NCBI GenBank assembly: GCA_965262715.1
Contig: OZ253553.1
Span: 1,472,001-1,536,000, forward strand
Origin: Bdellovibrionales bacterium
GTDB taxonomy: Bacteria; Bdellovibrionota; Bdellovibrionia; Bdellovibrionales; JAUICD01
DNA length: 64,000 nt
Reading direction: 5' to 3'
Position 1 is the first letter of the stretch. Each line of letters begins with the position of its first letter. Of the stretch, positions 10,665 through 21,452 are shown piece after piece. The notes under the pieces were generated by a model. It made no database searches and was not told the origin of the DNA. It saw nothing but the letters and a program-made list of their open reading frames with translations. Position numbers and translations under genes: made by a program.

Positions 10665-10733
10665 GCTGTCAAATAAGCATCTTCAGAAGTTATTATATAT
10701 AAGTAAAATTAAATGGATAAACTATGAATAACT

Positions 10734-11687
10734 TCAGCAAACCATCTTTTGTCTATGAAACTCATTAGGGGTTAGAAAACCTAAACTCTTTCGAGGGCGA
10801 TGGTTTAAAAGAGACTCAACCTTTTTTACATCCTTAGAGGTGACTTCTCTAAAATCTGTCTTCTTTGGAAAATACTGACGGATTAAACCATTCGTGTTCT
10901 CATTTAAACCTCTCTCATATGAACTGTAAGGATGTGCAAAATAAACTTTACATCCAGTATATTCACTGATCTTCTCATGACACGAAAACTCTTTACCATT
11001 ATCCAAAGTCATTGTATGAACAACCTCTCCTTTAAGAGCTTTAGAAATAGCATGAAAAACTGCCTCAGATCTCTTAGATTCTATTTTGACAATCCTCGTC
11101 TTCTTAGAACATCTATCTACCAGTGTGACTAAAGCTCCTTTATGATGTCTACCTATCATTAGATCACCTTCCCAGTCTCCTATCCGACTCTTCTTATCTA
11201 CTATCTTAGGCCTTTTATCAATGCTCACTCTATTCTTTATCTGACCCCTTTTATCAAATCTACTTGTACCATATCGCTTCTTGCGTTGCCTCTGACATCT
11301 TAAAAATTTGTAGAGATCTCCTCCTGATTGCTTATCTCCAAGAATATGCTGATAAATACTCTCATGACTTATAGACAAACCTTTTGGTTTAAGAAAACCG
11401 GATATCTGTTCCGGACTCAAACGATCACGAAGAAACCTCTCAAGCTTATTAATGACTTTTTGTGTTATCTTTATATGTCTATGAGAGTTTTGAAGACGAT
11501 CGACTGCTTTTTCATGGGCTTGTTGAGGACGATAACCTCGCAAGCCTTTGTTACGATTCAATTCCCTATATATGGTGCTTTTATCTCGACCTACCTGAGT
11601 AGCAATTGAACTTATTGATTTTCCACTTTGCAAAAAAGCTAAAATCTGGTATCTCTCATGTTGGGTTAGATGAGTGTAATTGCTCAT
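10734..11687 (-). CDS. IS30-family transposase
   Basis: Y.HLT..ER HTH, STIYREL.RN, SPEQIS, GDWEGD, TLDNGKEF, YFAHPYSSYERGLNEN.NGLIRQYFPK. Confidence 0.96.
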   Translation of the reverse strand: MSNYTHLTQHERYQILAFLQSGKSISSIATQVGRDKSTIYRELNRNKGLRGYRPQQAHEKAVDRLQNSHRHIKITQKVINKLERFLRDRLSPEQISGFLKPKGLSISHESIYQHILGDKQSGGDLYKFLRCQRQRKKRYGTSRFDKRGQIKNRVSIDKRPKIVDKKSRIGDWEGDLMIGRHHKGALVTLVDRCSKKTRIVKIESKRSEAVFHAISKALKGEVVHTMTLDNGKEFSCHEKISEYTGCKVYFAHPYSSYERGLNENTNGLIRQYFPKKTDFREVTSKDVKKVESLLNHRPRKSLGFLTPNEFHRQKMVC

Positions 11688-11786
11688 GGAATACTCCTTT
11701 CATTATTTAAAGAGATTGATTAGAGTATTCCTCTAACCCGCTTTAAATAACTATGCAAGGAGTTGCACTTGCAACTTGAATCCACC

Positions 11787-14324
11787 AAATCATCATTGTG
11801 CCCTAATAATGGAAGGTGTTCTGAAAATAAAATGGCTATATCCTTCTTATTGACGTTTGGGTGATCATAAATTTGCCTCCAGATGGTTGTATAAACAAAG
11901 ATGCCCATTGTGTGTCTTTGGCCCTTTGGGAATCCCCTGTCACAATTATTATATATCTCTGTAGCCGTCGATTCTAGAGTAATAGTAGATTTGCAACGTT
12001 GTGTATTCATCAGTGATGTACGTGAGATCGTACGATTATCAATTAAATATCCATGAAACTCAGCCTGTCCTTCATTTATTGCAAGAAGGCAACCTTTATA
12101 TGTATTACAACAATAAAAGCTTGAACCACCTCTATCGCACACCTTATAATTTAGACTGCTTATATACTTTCCTCCTACTGCATAAGAAAAATTCGCATGA
12201 CCTCCTTCATGGAAAGCTAACACATAAAGATTATAAAAAAGATTAGGTGTACTAAATGTTCTTGAATTTTTTTGAAAACCTATCTTATTCTCTGAAAAAT
12301 ACCAAGCACCTATATGTGGTATATCCTCTATCTTCACTTTTATATCTTTATTTGAAGCATACCAAGTATTTGCGTTCAACTCCATCCACTCTTTTTGATA
12401 CATAAGCCAGTGATAGAGGTTGGCTTGTGAATTTTTAAGGTCAGGATCTGAATTATAAGGTCTTGTCCATTTTCCACTTACTAATGTTGCCCTTTGTTGG
12501 CCATCTATGAGTACCTTGTAAGAGTTATTTTCAAGAAATGTATTAATGGTATCTAAAATATTGACCCCATAGTTTTTAGTAGAATAACTCTGCCCATGAG
12601 CAAAAAAAATACATGCATTATACCTAGAATCACTTTGACAATTTTCGACTGTTCTACCCACTCGATCAGGGGTTCTAAGATGCGTTATAGTTCGGACACA
12701 TGAACTGCCACTCTGTGTATAGCCGCTATTACATGACCAGCCATAACATCTATTATCTTGAGAGTTACATGTGGAATTACTAGGATTTGCAGAGTCACAT
12801 GCAGTTTGGGAATTATATTGATCACTTGGACAAGATGGAAGACAGGAATTACCACTTTGCGTATAGCCGCTATTACATGACCAGCCATAACATCTATTAT
12901 CTTGAGAGTTACATGTGGAATTACTAGGATTTGCAGAGTCACATGCAGTTTGGGAATTATATTGATCACTTGGACAAGATGGAATTGTTGTGTTTGTGAT
13001 TTTTGCTTCTTGGCAATCCTCGGTAGTTCCACCTCCTGAGCCTACACATTGCCATTGGTAATGAGTTTCTGTCTCTTGAGTATCTCGTGGTTGACCTGTT
13101 TGGCAAATACCTTTACTAGATCCACAACTCCCACTGACTGGACTTCCAGTTTCAATAGGACATACATGATGACTTTGTCTTTCACTGACAGTGCCAAAAT
13201 AACAATAATTACCATCTGCTGGACAATAATGATAATAGCTTTGTGAATCAACATCTCCCTGATTGTAAGATGCAAAAAGTGTGACTGCTTCATTTATACA
13301 ACCCGCACCTAAATCAGATGAAACCTCTACCAATTCACTATCACAATTAAAATCAATCTTACTCTCTTTGTTAATTTGATACTGGCAACTATCAGCATTA
13401 AGAATTTCTATTTGAAAAAAAAGCATGTCTGGCTTTTCGTATATATAAATATCGTTTTCTTCCAATATAGCTAATATACTATCTCTACCATCTGTAAAAT
13501 TTATGGGATTAAAATAAGGTCTTACATTTGAAGTCACAATAACCTCTTTTCTTCTATAGATCAGACATTCACTCTTTGAAGCATCAGAACTTGTAGCAGA
13601 AACTTCAATCACTAAAAGCCCATTACTCTCAGATGAAAGATCCACTTCTAATGTATCTACACCATCCTCATTTTCAATAACTTGTCCAGATGGAAGTGTA
13701 GCTTTCCAGTTAATGGAAGAAAAGTCTGAACTATCTTTCAAACCAAAAATAGAATATCCAGATTCACCCACTTTAAAAGAAGCCGAAGTTTCTGGTAAGA
13801 GCTCTATTTCTAAAATATCAGTAAGTGAGCAAGATTCTCCAACCACAAATTTTTTACTAGCTCTAGTTTTAGGCTCTGTAGCTTCATAAGAATTAGCAAA
13901 AACATCATAAGACCCTAATTCCGAAAACTTCGCTGAATATGTACCTGTCTGTGTCGAAGCATCTGTTACAATAGATTCAAAACCTCTTTTGATTGTCCAT
14001 TTGTAGTTATCAGATTTAGGATCAACATTTAAAAGCTTAAAGGTTATATCTGAATCAATAGGAAGAAGCTGATTTTCTATAAAGTCCCCACTTTCGGGAT
14101 TTATTTGAACAATAAATCCTCTTTCATAATTTATATCCACTGGGTTAGATACTGGCTTATCTTTTAGATTATCCTCTGGAGATTTTATATGTTCTTCTGG
14201 TAGTAGCTCATCAGTAAACATTTTACAATTTTGAAAAACTATTAAGAAAGCAGGAATACAAAAAAACTATAATATATAAAGTATTCAAATACTTCGCACT
14301 TGAATATTTAAAGAAAGAAATCAC
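11787..14324 (-). pseudogene. Disrupted lipoprotein: N-terminal module, Cys-rich repeats and M4/M36-like zinc metallopeptidase
   Basis: The 833-aa ORF has HEGGH and AINEGQAE, and its last ~21 aa are read from the IS30 end. The upstream FQNC signal is in frame but cut off from a GTG start (14324) by an extra base in the A7 run at 14260-14266. Confidence 0.75.
12717..12984. repeat. Intragenic tandem duplication, period 144 bp (48 aa, Cys-rich)
   Basis: 12717-12840 matches 12861-12984; encodes PSCPSDQYNSQTACDSANPSNSTCNSQDNRCYGWSCNSGYT twice. Confidence 0.9.
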
Positions 14325-14767
14325 CTTTTGCAATTTCTTACTATAGAAATGATTTTTCTGAATCTGACTCAAAACTAAGTCCCTTCTATCTCTATTGTTT
14401 CTTTTTGATATAAATAATATTCGGCTAAAACCTTAAATTACATAAGATCACCTGAGTTCATGAGTATAGAGAATGCGGTAAACCAAAGATGAAAATACTA
14501 AAAGTTCTTGGTCAATCAAGAGATAGAGAAGAGATAGAATATTTTAAGAAGATGGGAGAAGCATTGAAGTAAGAGTTAGAGACAGGGATAAAAGCGAATC
14601 CTATTCTTCCACCTCTGGCGATTTTCTGGCATTGCCCCTGATGGTTTTACCATCAGAAAATGGGCAATGCCTAGAAAAAATAGCCATTTTTAGGAAGGAG
14701 AGACTTTTTCTTCTTTAACACCATGTTAAGGAAACTCTTTCATTAGAGCATCTTTTGGATGGAGACT

Positions 14768-15130
14768 CCTGAGTTTGACAGTTGCAAAAATAAAGTTGAC
14801 TTATCTTAGTTAGTTACAGTGGATGGGTGATTTTGTACCACCTTAAGTTGTTTAGAAGGTATCTTTGCTCCTATAGCTTTAAATACATCAGCATTGTTAC
14901 CGTTAAATATCTGTTCTGATCCAAAGTGTCTTATCCTTTATTCTCACAGGTATGGCTCGTACTTCTTTCAGCTTTGACATAGCTTTCGCTACACTCAATG
15001 GCCTTGGCTTTATTCTCTTATCTGCGATTGCTTTGTCTTTTAAGATAGTCCTTTTCTCATCTAACTTCAGCTCTCAACAAGATGATAATATGTGTCTCCT
15101 CTCGGATTTCTTGTAGACCTTATGAACCTA
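14768..15130 (-). mobile_element. Internally deleted remnant related to IS1634-family element B
   Basis: Starts with TIR CCTGAGTTTGACAGTTGC. Contains diverged transposase 3' sequence (cf. 25515-25740) joined to 5' sequence (cf. 27089-27150). The other TIR is absent. Confidence 0.85.
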
Positions 15131-15207
15131 GAATAAAATACTTTATACAAACCTCATTTCCTAAGGCACTGGCCTAAACCTATTTCAGAAACCTGCCATA
15201 ACTCTTA
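15129..15207. repeat. Dispersed ~80-bp repeat (inverted, diverged copy at 29056-29136)
   Basis: CCTAAGGCACTGGCCTA..TTCAGAAACCTG vs CAGGTTTCTGAA..TAGGCCAGTGCCTTAGG. Confidence 0.65.
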
Positions 15208-15477
15208 AACCGTTGAAAGAAACTATATTAGATATTGTTTGTCATATTTCAGATGTAAGTCCAAAATGCTTCCATCAAAGTCTCTGGACACCATCCTTTA
15301 TCATGATACCGGATAACTTGCCAATGTAGTACTAATTATGAACCTATGAGTATTACATTAACTGAATGCATATATGATTGACAAGTAACTGAACTTAATA
15401 TACAGGACCAGCTAGTTATGAAAAGAAATCAGTATAAATAAAAATGATTATATTAAAATTTTTGAGGTAATAAAATA

Positions 15478-17265
15478 ATGAAAAAACTTTTTTTAATAAT
15501 ACCTCTACTTACAATTTCTATAGATACTTTAGCTAGTCAGTGCGCATCATCTCTTTTAGCTAAACTTCAACTAACATCTTATATTTATCAAGTCATTAAC
15601 TCTGATATGAGTGAAGTCCATAAACTCCAAAAGCTTCAAAAACTTATGGGAATTCAAGTAGAAGGTTGGCATAGATCCTATCCCGAAGGACAAACTTATA
15701 AAAAACACACTCTTGTAATTGGAAAAATCATGGATATAAGAGTCGAAGACTCTGATAAAGGACTTTATAAAATGATAGTTTTTTCAGAAGAAGATGGCCC
15801 ACAACAATTCCTTTTTTCTGGAAGCTATAGCCCTGCTTTTTTTGTCTTAGGAACAACAAGTATCCCAAATATTAAGGCATCGAAAAGAAATCAATTATTT
15901 GATGATATATCATATGCACAAAGATCTACTACTTCTCCCTTTGACCTTTTATCTATAGACTTAGATGCTCATCCAGAGGTTGCAGAATATAAAGAGCGTC
16001 TTCGCAAGCAAAAAGCTGTTGTGTTTTATAGTCAAGAACATCCATTTTCTGAGTTTTCAGATTCCTATGAAGCACCTATTGTAATTGATAGAAAGATATG
16101 GCTTTCTTCTGGAGGTTATTTTCAGGCTAAAGAGTTTATGAGTTTTAATAATCCTAATACTGAACATGTAATGAATATTCAACTAGACAACTCACTTGCA
16201 GAAACTATAAGAATAGGTAGAGATAGATCACTCCCTCCTGATTCAGATTGGGAAGAGGTTAAGAATGAAGTTATATTTAAAGCTTTAGCCGCAAAATTCA
16301 CACAACATAAACATCTCTATGATTTATTAATGTCTACTGGAGATGCGCTTATTGTGGAACACAGTGAAAGAGACCTTTATTGGAGTGATGGTGAAAGTGG
16401 CGGTGGAAAATCAATGTTAGGAAATCTTCTTATGAGATTGAGAGACCAGCTTAGGGAAGGGATAATGCCTGGTCATGAAAAATCTATAAAAGAATTTCTG
16501 AATGATTTACTTAGTGACATCCAATCTTTAGGTTCTCAAGATACCTCTCATCTAGCAGGACAGATTGCTTCTTCAAATCTAAGTGATATAGAGAAAATAG
16601 ATAGAATACAAATGATTCTTAATTCAAAACATTTTTTCACAAAAAGAACTACCGAACATAATCATCATACATCTAGCAGTGAATGGATTACCTTCATTAA
16701 TGCAAAATATCCTGACGCTACAGATGAAGATTTTAGATATCAACTTGTAAAGGCTGGTGTCTCTCTTGCAGGTTCAGGTGTTATAGTTACAAATTTGGAT
16801 GAGTTAAATATCTCCCATAATAAAAAAATAGAAATTTATAGAATAATGGCTGGTCAATCGGCAGATGATTTTATAGGGAAATTACCTTATTTAAATTTAA
16901 GCCATTCAGAGATAAAACAGCTTTACCTTCATTCCCTTCAATTTGAGGCATCAACAAATGTTATAACAGGATTTCCTCGAGAGGTTGTCAATGACGCTTT
17001 TATCCAAGAAGTTATCAGCACACTTAATAAACATCACTTTCCCACACAAAAGTATTTATCAATGGAAGTTCGTCGTCAGTGGCGTGGAAAGGCTATTAAA
17101 GATTTAATACAAGCTGCTGCTTTTCATGGGTTAAATTATAGTGCTATTTATGCTTTTGATAATACACCTTTTAATGAACATAGTGAGAGAAATAGATGGA
17201 TAGAGCCAGATCTTTATCCAGAAATGAGTCAAGATCTTATTAGGTTGATTCTCAGTAATAACTAA
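15478..17265 (+). CDS. Exported protein with central NADAR (YbiA-like) domain, paralog 1
   Basis: Signal peptide; F...FS..Y..PI.ID..IW, YFQAK, DWEEVK.EV..KAL.AKFTQH, LLMSTG.ALIVEH...D.YW.DG...G..MLG.LLM.LR. Confidence 0.85.
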   Translation: MKKLFLIIPLLTISIDTLASQCASSLLAKLQLTSYIYQVINSDMSEVHKLQKLQKLMGIQVEGWHRSYPEGQTYKKHTLVIGKIMDIRVEDSDKGLYKMIVFSEEDGPQQFLFSGSYSPAFFVLGTTSIPNIKASKRNQLFDDISYAQRSTTSPFDLLSIDLDAHPEVAEYKERLRKQKAVVFYSQEHPFSEFSDSYEAPIVIDRKIWLSSGGYFQAKEFMSFNNPNTEHVMNIQLDNSLAETIRIGRDRSLPPDSDWEEVKNEVIFKALAAKFTQHKHLYDLLMSTGDALIVEHSERDLYWSDGESGGGKSMLGNLLMRLRDQLREGIMPGHEKSIKEFLNDLLSDIQSLGSQDTSHLAGQIASSNLSDIEKIDRIQMILNSKHFFTKRTTEHNHHTSSSEWITFINAKYPDATDEDFRYQLVKAGVSLAGSGVIVTNLDELNISHNKKIEIYRIMAGQSADDFIGKLPYLNLSHSEIKQLYLHSLQFEASTNVITGFPREVVNDAFIQEVISTLNKHHFPTQKYLSMEVRRQWRGKAIKDLIQAAAFHGLNYSAIYAFDNTPFNEHSERNRWIEPDLYPEMSQDLIRLILSNN

Positions 17266-17617
17266 TACTACATTGGCAAGTTAACTTAAACCTATCTGAC
17301 GAAATAAGTTTTATGTTTTGTGATATTTGTGATATTGAGAGTCCGGAAAAAAGAATGCTTAACTAGTTATGAACCATATTTTATAGATATTCTAGATGGA
17401 TCACTAAAGATAATAGTTGATCTTATTTGGAAATCATCTTTTTATAAATTTTACATTATTTAAGAATATTAAATGACCCCACTCATGTAAATATTACAAT
17501 AACTGCAATTATGTTGTTTGTGCTTGACAAGTAGCTGAATTTATCATACCTAATTATGAATAAAATTAGTGTAAACATGACCATATCAAACATATTAAAA
17601 TTTTTAAGAAGTAAACA

Positions 17618-19372
17618 ATGAAAAAACTTTTTTTAATAATACCCATACTTGCCACTTCTATAGATCTTTTATCTAGTGAGTGCGCTCCAGCTCTAACCAC
17701 AACCAAGCTTCAGTTGGCACCTTATATTTATCAAATCATCAACGCCAATATTGATGGAGCTTATAAGCTCGAAGAACTTCAAGAACTCGTAGGAATGGAA
17801 GTGAGTGGCTTGCACAGATTCTACCCTAAAAGAGCAAATCATCAGGAACAAACTTTAGTCACTGGAAAAATTGCAGATATAAAACCTTTTAAAACAATAT
17901 CTCCTGGTAAAACAATTTATCAAATGATAATTCATTCAAAAAAGCATGGACTCGGACAATTTCTTTTTTCAGGAACTTACAGCCCTGCTTTTTCTACTCT
18001 AGAAACAACTAGCATACCACGAAATACTCCACTAGGCACTTCTATAGAAAATGCAGTTGCCCCTTCTTTTGAGTTTTTATCTATAGGCTTAGATACTCCT
18101 CCAGAGGTTGCAGCTTATAAAAATCATCTTCACCAGCAAAAAGCCGTTGTATTTCATGGCCAGACAGATCCCTTTTATGAGTTTTCAAATTCCTATAAAA
18201 TACCTATTGTTATTGACAGGGAAATTTGGCCTTCTGTTATACACTATGTTGAAGCTCAAAAGCTTGCAAATGCTGAAGATGGTAATGAGTTTTTTAATAA
18301 ACATGTAATGGCTATCCGATTAGCCAGCTCACCAGAAGAGGCTGTAAGAATGGCTAGAGATAGATCGCATTCTCTCCGCTCAGATTGGGAGGAAGTTAAG
18401 GATGAAATTATGTTGAAAGCACTGACTGCAAAATTCACTCAACATAAACATCTATATGATAAATTAATGCCTACTGGAAATGCGCTTATTGTACAACATA
18501 CAGGAGAAGACCTTTATTGGGGAGATGGTGAAAATGGCAGAGGACAATCAATGCTAGGAAATCTTCTTATGAAATTAAGAGACCAACTAAGGCGAAAGGT
18601 CATGCATGGACATGAACATCCTATGGTAGCAATTCGAGATCAACTGCTTATACAAATGAAAGGTGTAAGTGAAGAACATTCTAATCTACCAGATGCCTAT
18701 AACCTTGCAAGACAAATTGCTTCTGCAGATATAGATCTTATAGAGAAAATAGATAGAATACAAACGATTTTTGATGTAGCACATTTTTTTCGGATAAGTA
18801 ATAGATATCCAAATCATACAACCAGCGATGAAGCAATTGCTCTTATTAGCAAAAAATATCCTGATGATACAGATGCAGATTTTAGATATCAACTTGTAAG
18901 AATTGCCGTTTCTATTGCTGGCCCACTTGTTATACTTACAGATCTCAGGCCATTAAATATTTCTGATAACCAAAAAATAGAAATTTATAAAATGATGGCT
19001 CGTCAATCACCAGAGTTTTTTATGCGCGCTTTACCCTATCGTTTTGGCTTAGGCCATTCAGAGATGAGGGAACTCTATCTTCATGCACTCCAATTTGAAT
19101 CATCAGTACTCTATATAAAAGAACTTCCTCGAGAAATTGTTGATGATGCTTTTATTCAAGATGTTGTCAAAACACTTAATGAAAATCATATTCCTGCACA
19201 AAAACATGCATCAATAGAAGAACATCACCAACGGTGTGAGAAAGTTATTACAAATTTAATAGAAGCAGCAGCTCATCATGGTTTAAGATATAATCCTATT
19301 TACACTACATATAGACTCACAAATAATGCTGCAAATCTCCCTTGTCGAATTGATCTTGCTAAGATAGATTAA
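17618..19372 (+). CDS. Exported protein with central NADAR (YbiA-like) domain, paralog 2
   Basis: Same architecture and motifs as paralog 1 (FSNSY, HYVEAQK, DWEEVKDEIMLKALTAKFTQH, D.YWGDG..G.G..MLG.LLM). Confidence 0.85.
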   Translation: MKKLFLIIPILATSIDLLSSECAPALTTTKLQLAPYIYQIINANIDGAYKLEELQELVGMEVSGLHRFYPKRANHQEQTLVTGKIADIKPFKTISPGKTIYQMIIHSKKHGLGQFLFSGTYSPAFSTLETTSIPRNTPLGTSIENAVAPSFEFLSIGLDTPPEVAAYKNHLHQQKAVVFHGQTDPFYEFSNSYKIPIVIDREIWPSVIHYVEAQKLANAEDGNEFFNKHVMAIRLASSPEEAVRMARDRSHSLRSDWEEVKDEIMLKALTAKFTQHKHLYDKLMPTGNALIVQHTGEDLYWGDGENGRGQSMLGNLLMKLRDQLRRKVMHGHEHPMVAIRDQLLIQMKGVSEEHSNLPDAYNLARQIASADIDLIEKIDRIQTIFDVAHFFRISNRYPNHTTSDEAIALISKKYPDDTDADFRYQLVRIAVSIAGPLVILTDLRPLNISDNQKIEIYKMMARQSPEFFMRALPYRFGLGHSEMRELYLHALQFESSVLYIKELPREIVDDAFIQDVVKTLNENHIPAQKHASIEEHHQRCEKVITNLIEAAAHHGLRYNPIYTTYRLTNNAANLPCRIDLAKID

Positions 19373-19433
19373 GAAGTCATTTGATAAAATAAAGCTGTGC
19401 TTAAGAGATCAAGAAGTAACACATATATTTGTA

Positions 19434-20411
19434 TTAACTCAAATGTGATAGAAGCTTTTTAATGATTTGATCACTTGTGTATTCTTCTGCCTCTGCCTCA
19501 TAGGTTAACAAAAGGCGATGTCTTAAAACACGATAAGCAATGGTTTTGATATCATCCATCGTAACATAGCTTCTATTATGAATATAGGCATAGGCACGGC
19601 TAGCCCTCGTTAAATAAATAGTTGCCCTGGGCGAGACACCTATTTGTAAAAAGTTTTCTAAGTTAAGTCCATATTCTTTTGGTGATCTAGTGCACATAAC
19701 CAGATCTACAATATAGTCCTTAACCTTTTCGTCTATGTAAATATTATTGATAGCTTGAGATATTTGAATAAGATGTTGTCTTGTCATAACAACATCTGGT
19801 TGAATATTTTCATCTTTGGACATGCTCTCTAAAATTTGTTTTTCTTCTTGTCTATTAGGGTATTCTACCAAAACTTTAAACATAAAACGGTCCATTTGCG
19901 CTTCTGGCAGAGGATATGTTCCTTCTTGTTCTATAGGATTTTGTGTTGCAAGTACCAAAAACGGATAGTCAAGTGGGTAAGAGTTATCTCCAATAGTCAC
20001 TTGCTTTTCTGCCATAGCTTCTAATAAAGCAGATTGCACTTTTGCTGGTGCTCTGTTGATCTCGTCAGCTAAAACAAGGTGAGTGAAAATAGGGCCTTTT
20101 TTAGATACAAAATCTCCTGTCTTTTGATTGAAGATCATCGTACCGATCAAGTCTGAAGGCAGAAGGTCTGGGGTAAATTGCACTCTTTGAAAGTTGAGTG
20201 AAACCACTTTTGAAAAAGTAGAAATTGCAAGAGTTTTTGCAAGACCAGGAACACCTTCTAATAAAATATGCCCTCCTGTAAGCATACCTATCATAATGGA
20301 CTCAAGCATTTCATGCTGACCTACAATGACTTTACCTATCTCACCTAGCGCATTATTAATGAGTTTTGATCCTTCTGTGATTTGCTCTTCAAGTGATGCC
20401 AATTTGAACAA
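19434..20411 (-). CDS. moxR: MoxR-family AAA+ ATPase
   Basis: GHILLEGVPGLAKT, RVQFTPDLLPSD, ADEINRAPAKVQSALLEAM, ATQNPIEQEGTYPLPEAQ.DRF. Confidence 0.95.
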   Translation of the reverse strand: MFKLASLEEQITEGSKLINNALGEIGKVIVGQHEMLESIMIGMLTGGHILLEGVPGLAKTLAISTFSKVVSLNFQRVQFTPDLLPSDLIGTMIFNQKTGDFVSKKGPIFTHLVLADEINRAPAKVQSALLEAMAEKQVTIGDNSYPLDYPFLVLATQNPIEQEGTYPLPEAQMDRFMFKVLVEYPNRQEEKQILESMSKDENIQPDVVMTRQHLIQISQAINNIYIDEKVKDYIVDLVMCTRSPKEYGLNLENFLQIGVSPRATIYLTRASRAYAYIHNRSYVTMDDIKTIAYRVLRHRLLLTYEAEAEEYTSDQIIKKLLSHLS

Positions 20412-20840
20412 CTCCTCTTTTGACGTTTATAACTTGATTATTTAAGTCCTTATTTTATGGATATTTTATTCAGAGTCAATATTATTGATTATGTACCTTT
20501 CTTGACCTGCTTGACTTTATTTAGTTACAAATCTCTGATATACATGCGCAACAAAGCCTAAATCTACTAATGATCTTTCTAGAAAGATCATTGCATTTTA
20601 GAAATGTTTATAATGTCCAAAGAACTAGACTTTCAAATCGATCATAAAAAACCAGTATAGTTAACTCTAAATAAAGTTTGAATTAGACTTATGACAAGCT
20701 TAAACAAAAAAAGCTACATTCAACCTCAAAAAATAGATAATAATAGAGTAAATCAGAATCGCTTAATGACAGACTTATGTCAAAGCTTTAGTTCTTTAAA
20801 AGTTTATTCAAAATAACTGTAGTAAATGAGGAGATAAAAA

Positions 20841-21354
20841 ATGGTAAGATATTTATTTCTGTTAATACTTATTGGATTCTTTGGAATATCAACTGCAATC
20901 GCAGATGTATGTGATTTAAAGTGGTGGGAGACTGCTACAGTTCCTGAGCTAAATGCTCTCGCCGCAGAAGATGCTTTTCCTGAAACTTGTAATTCATGGA
21001 ACGATACACCTCTTCACCTTGGAGCGCAAGCCTGCAAAAACGCTAACGTTATTGCTGCCTTTATTGCTATAACAAGAGCTAATGTACATGCAGTCAATAT
21101 TAATGAACAAACACCTCTGAGTCTTGCCCAAGATAGACTAAGTGCAGCTAGGCTGATAGCAAATTATGCTCAAGACATATTTAATCAAGCAACAAATGAT
21201 CTCTTTAGATACCAACGAGACGCATCTAAAGCACATTTAATGACGGAGATTACTCAAGCAGCCGTTGATGCTCGAGAAAGTAAGGATAGCTGAAAATGAA
21301 CAGGCAGTAGCAGAAGCTATATACAGAGCACTCTTGGAAACAGTCTTTTTATAA
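20841..21354 (+). CDS. Exported ankyrin-like protein, probable +1 frameshift near 21280
   Basis: Signal peptide, DTPLHLGA and N..EQTPL.LA. The ORF stops at 21293 but another frame continues VRIAENEQAVAEAIYRALLETVFL* to 21354. Confidence 0.55.
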
Positions 21355-21452
21355 GTTTTACATTATTTAAGAATATTAAATGATCCCAATGAAAATATTT
21401 ATTTACCTTACTTTTAAAAAACTTATACCTTTAATTTAATCAAAGCATTCTT

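Larger units (their letters stand above)
10449..11786 (-). mobile_element. IS30-family insertion sequence (1,338 bp) with a 3-bp AAA target duplication
   Basis: Imperfect TIRs CGTAACTTCAAATCGCAAGTGCAAC (10449) vs GGTGGATTCAAGTTGCAAGTGCAAC (reverse complement ending 11786), 19/25 identical; AAA on both flanks. Confidence 0.85.

Noticed and set aside
17437..21389. ~45-bp shared intergenic sequence (17437-17481 vs 21344-21389)
   Set aside because: Real similarity, but very AT-rich and without structure or ends I can interpret; not enough for a functional call.
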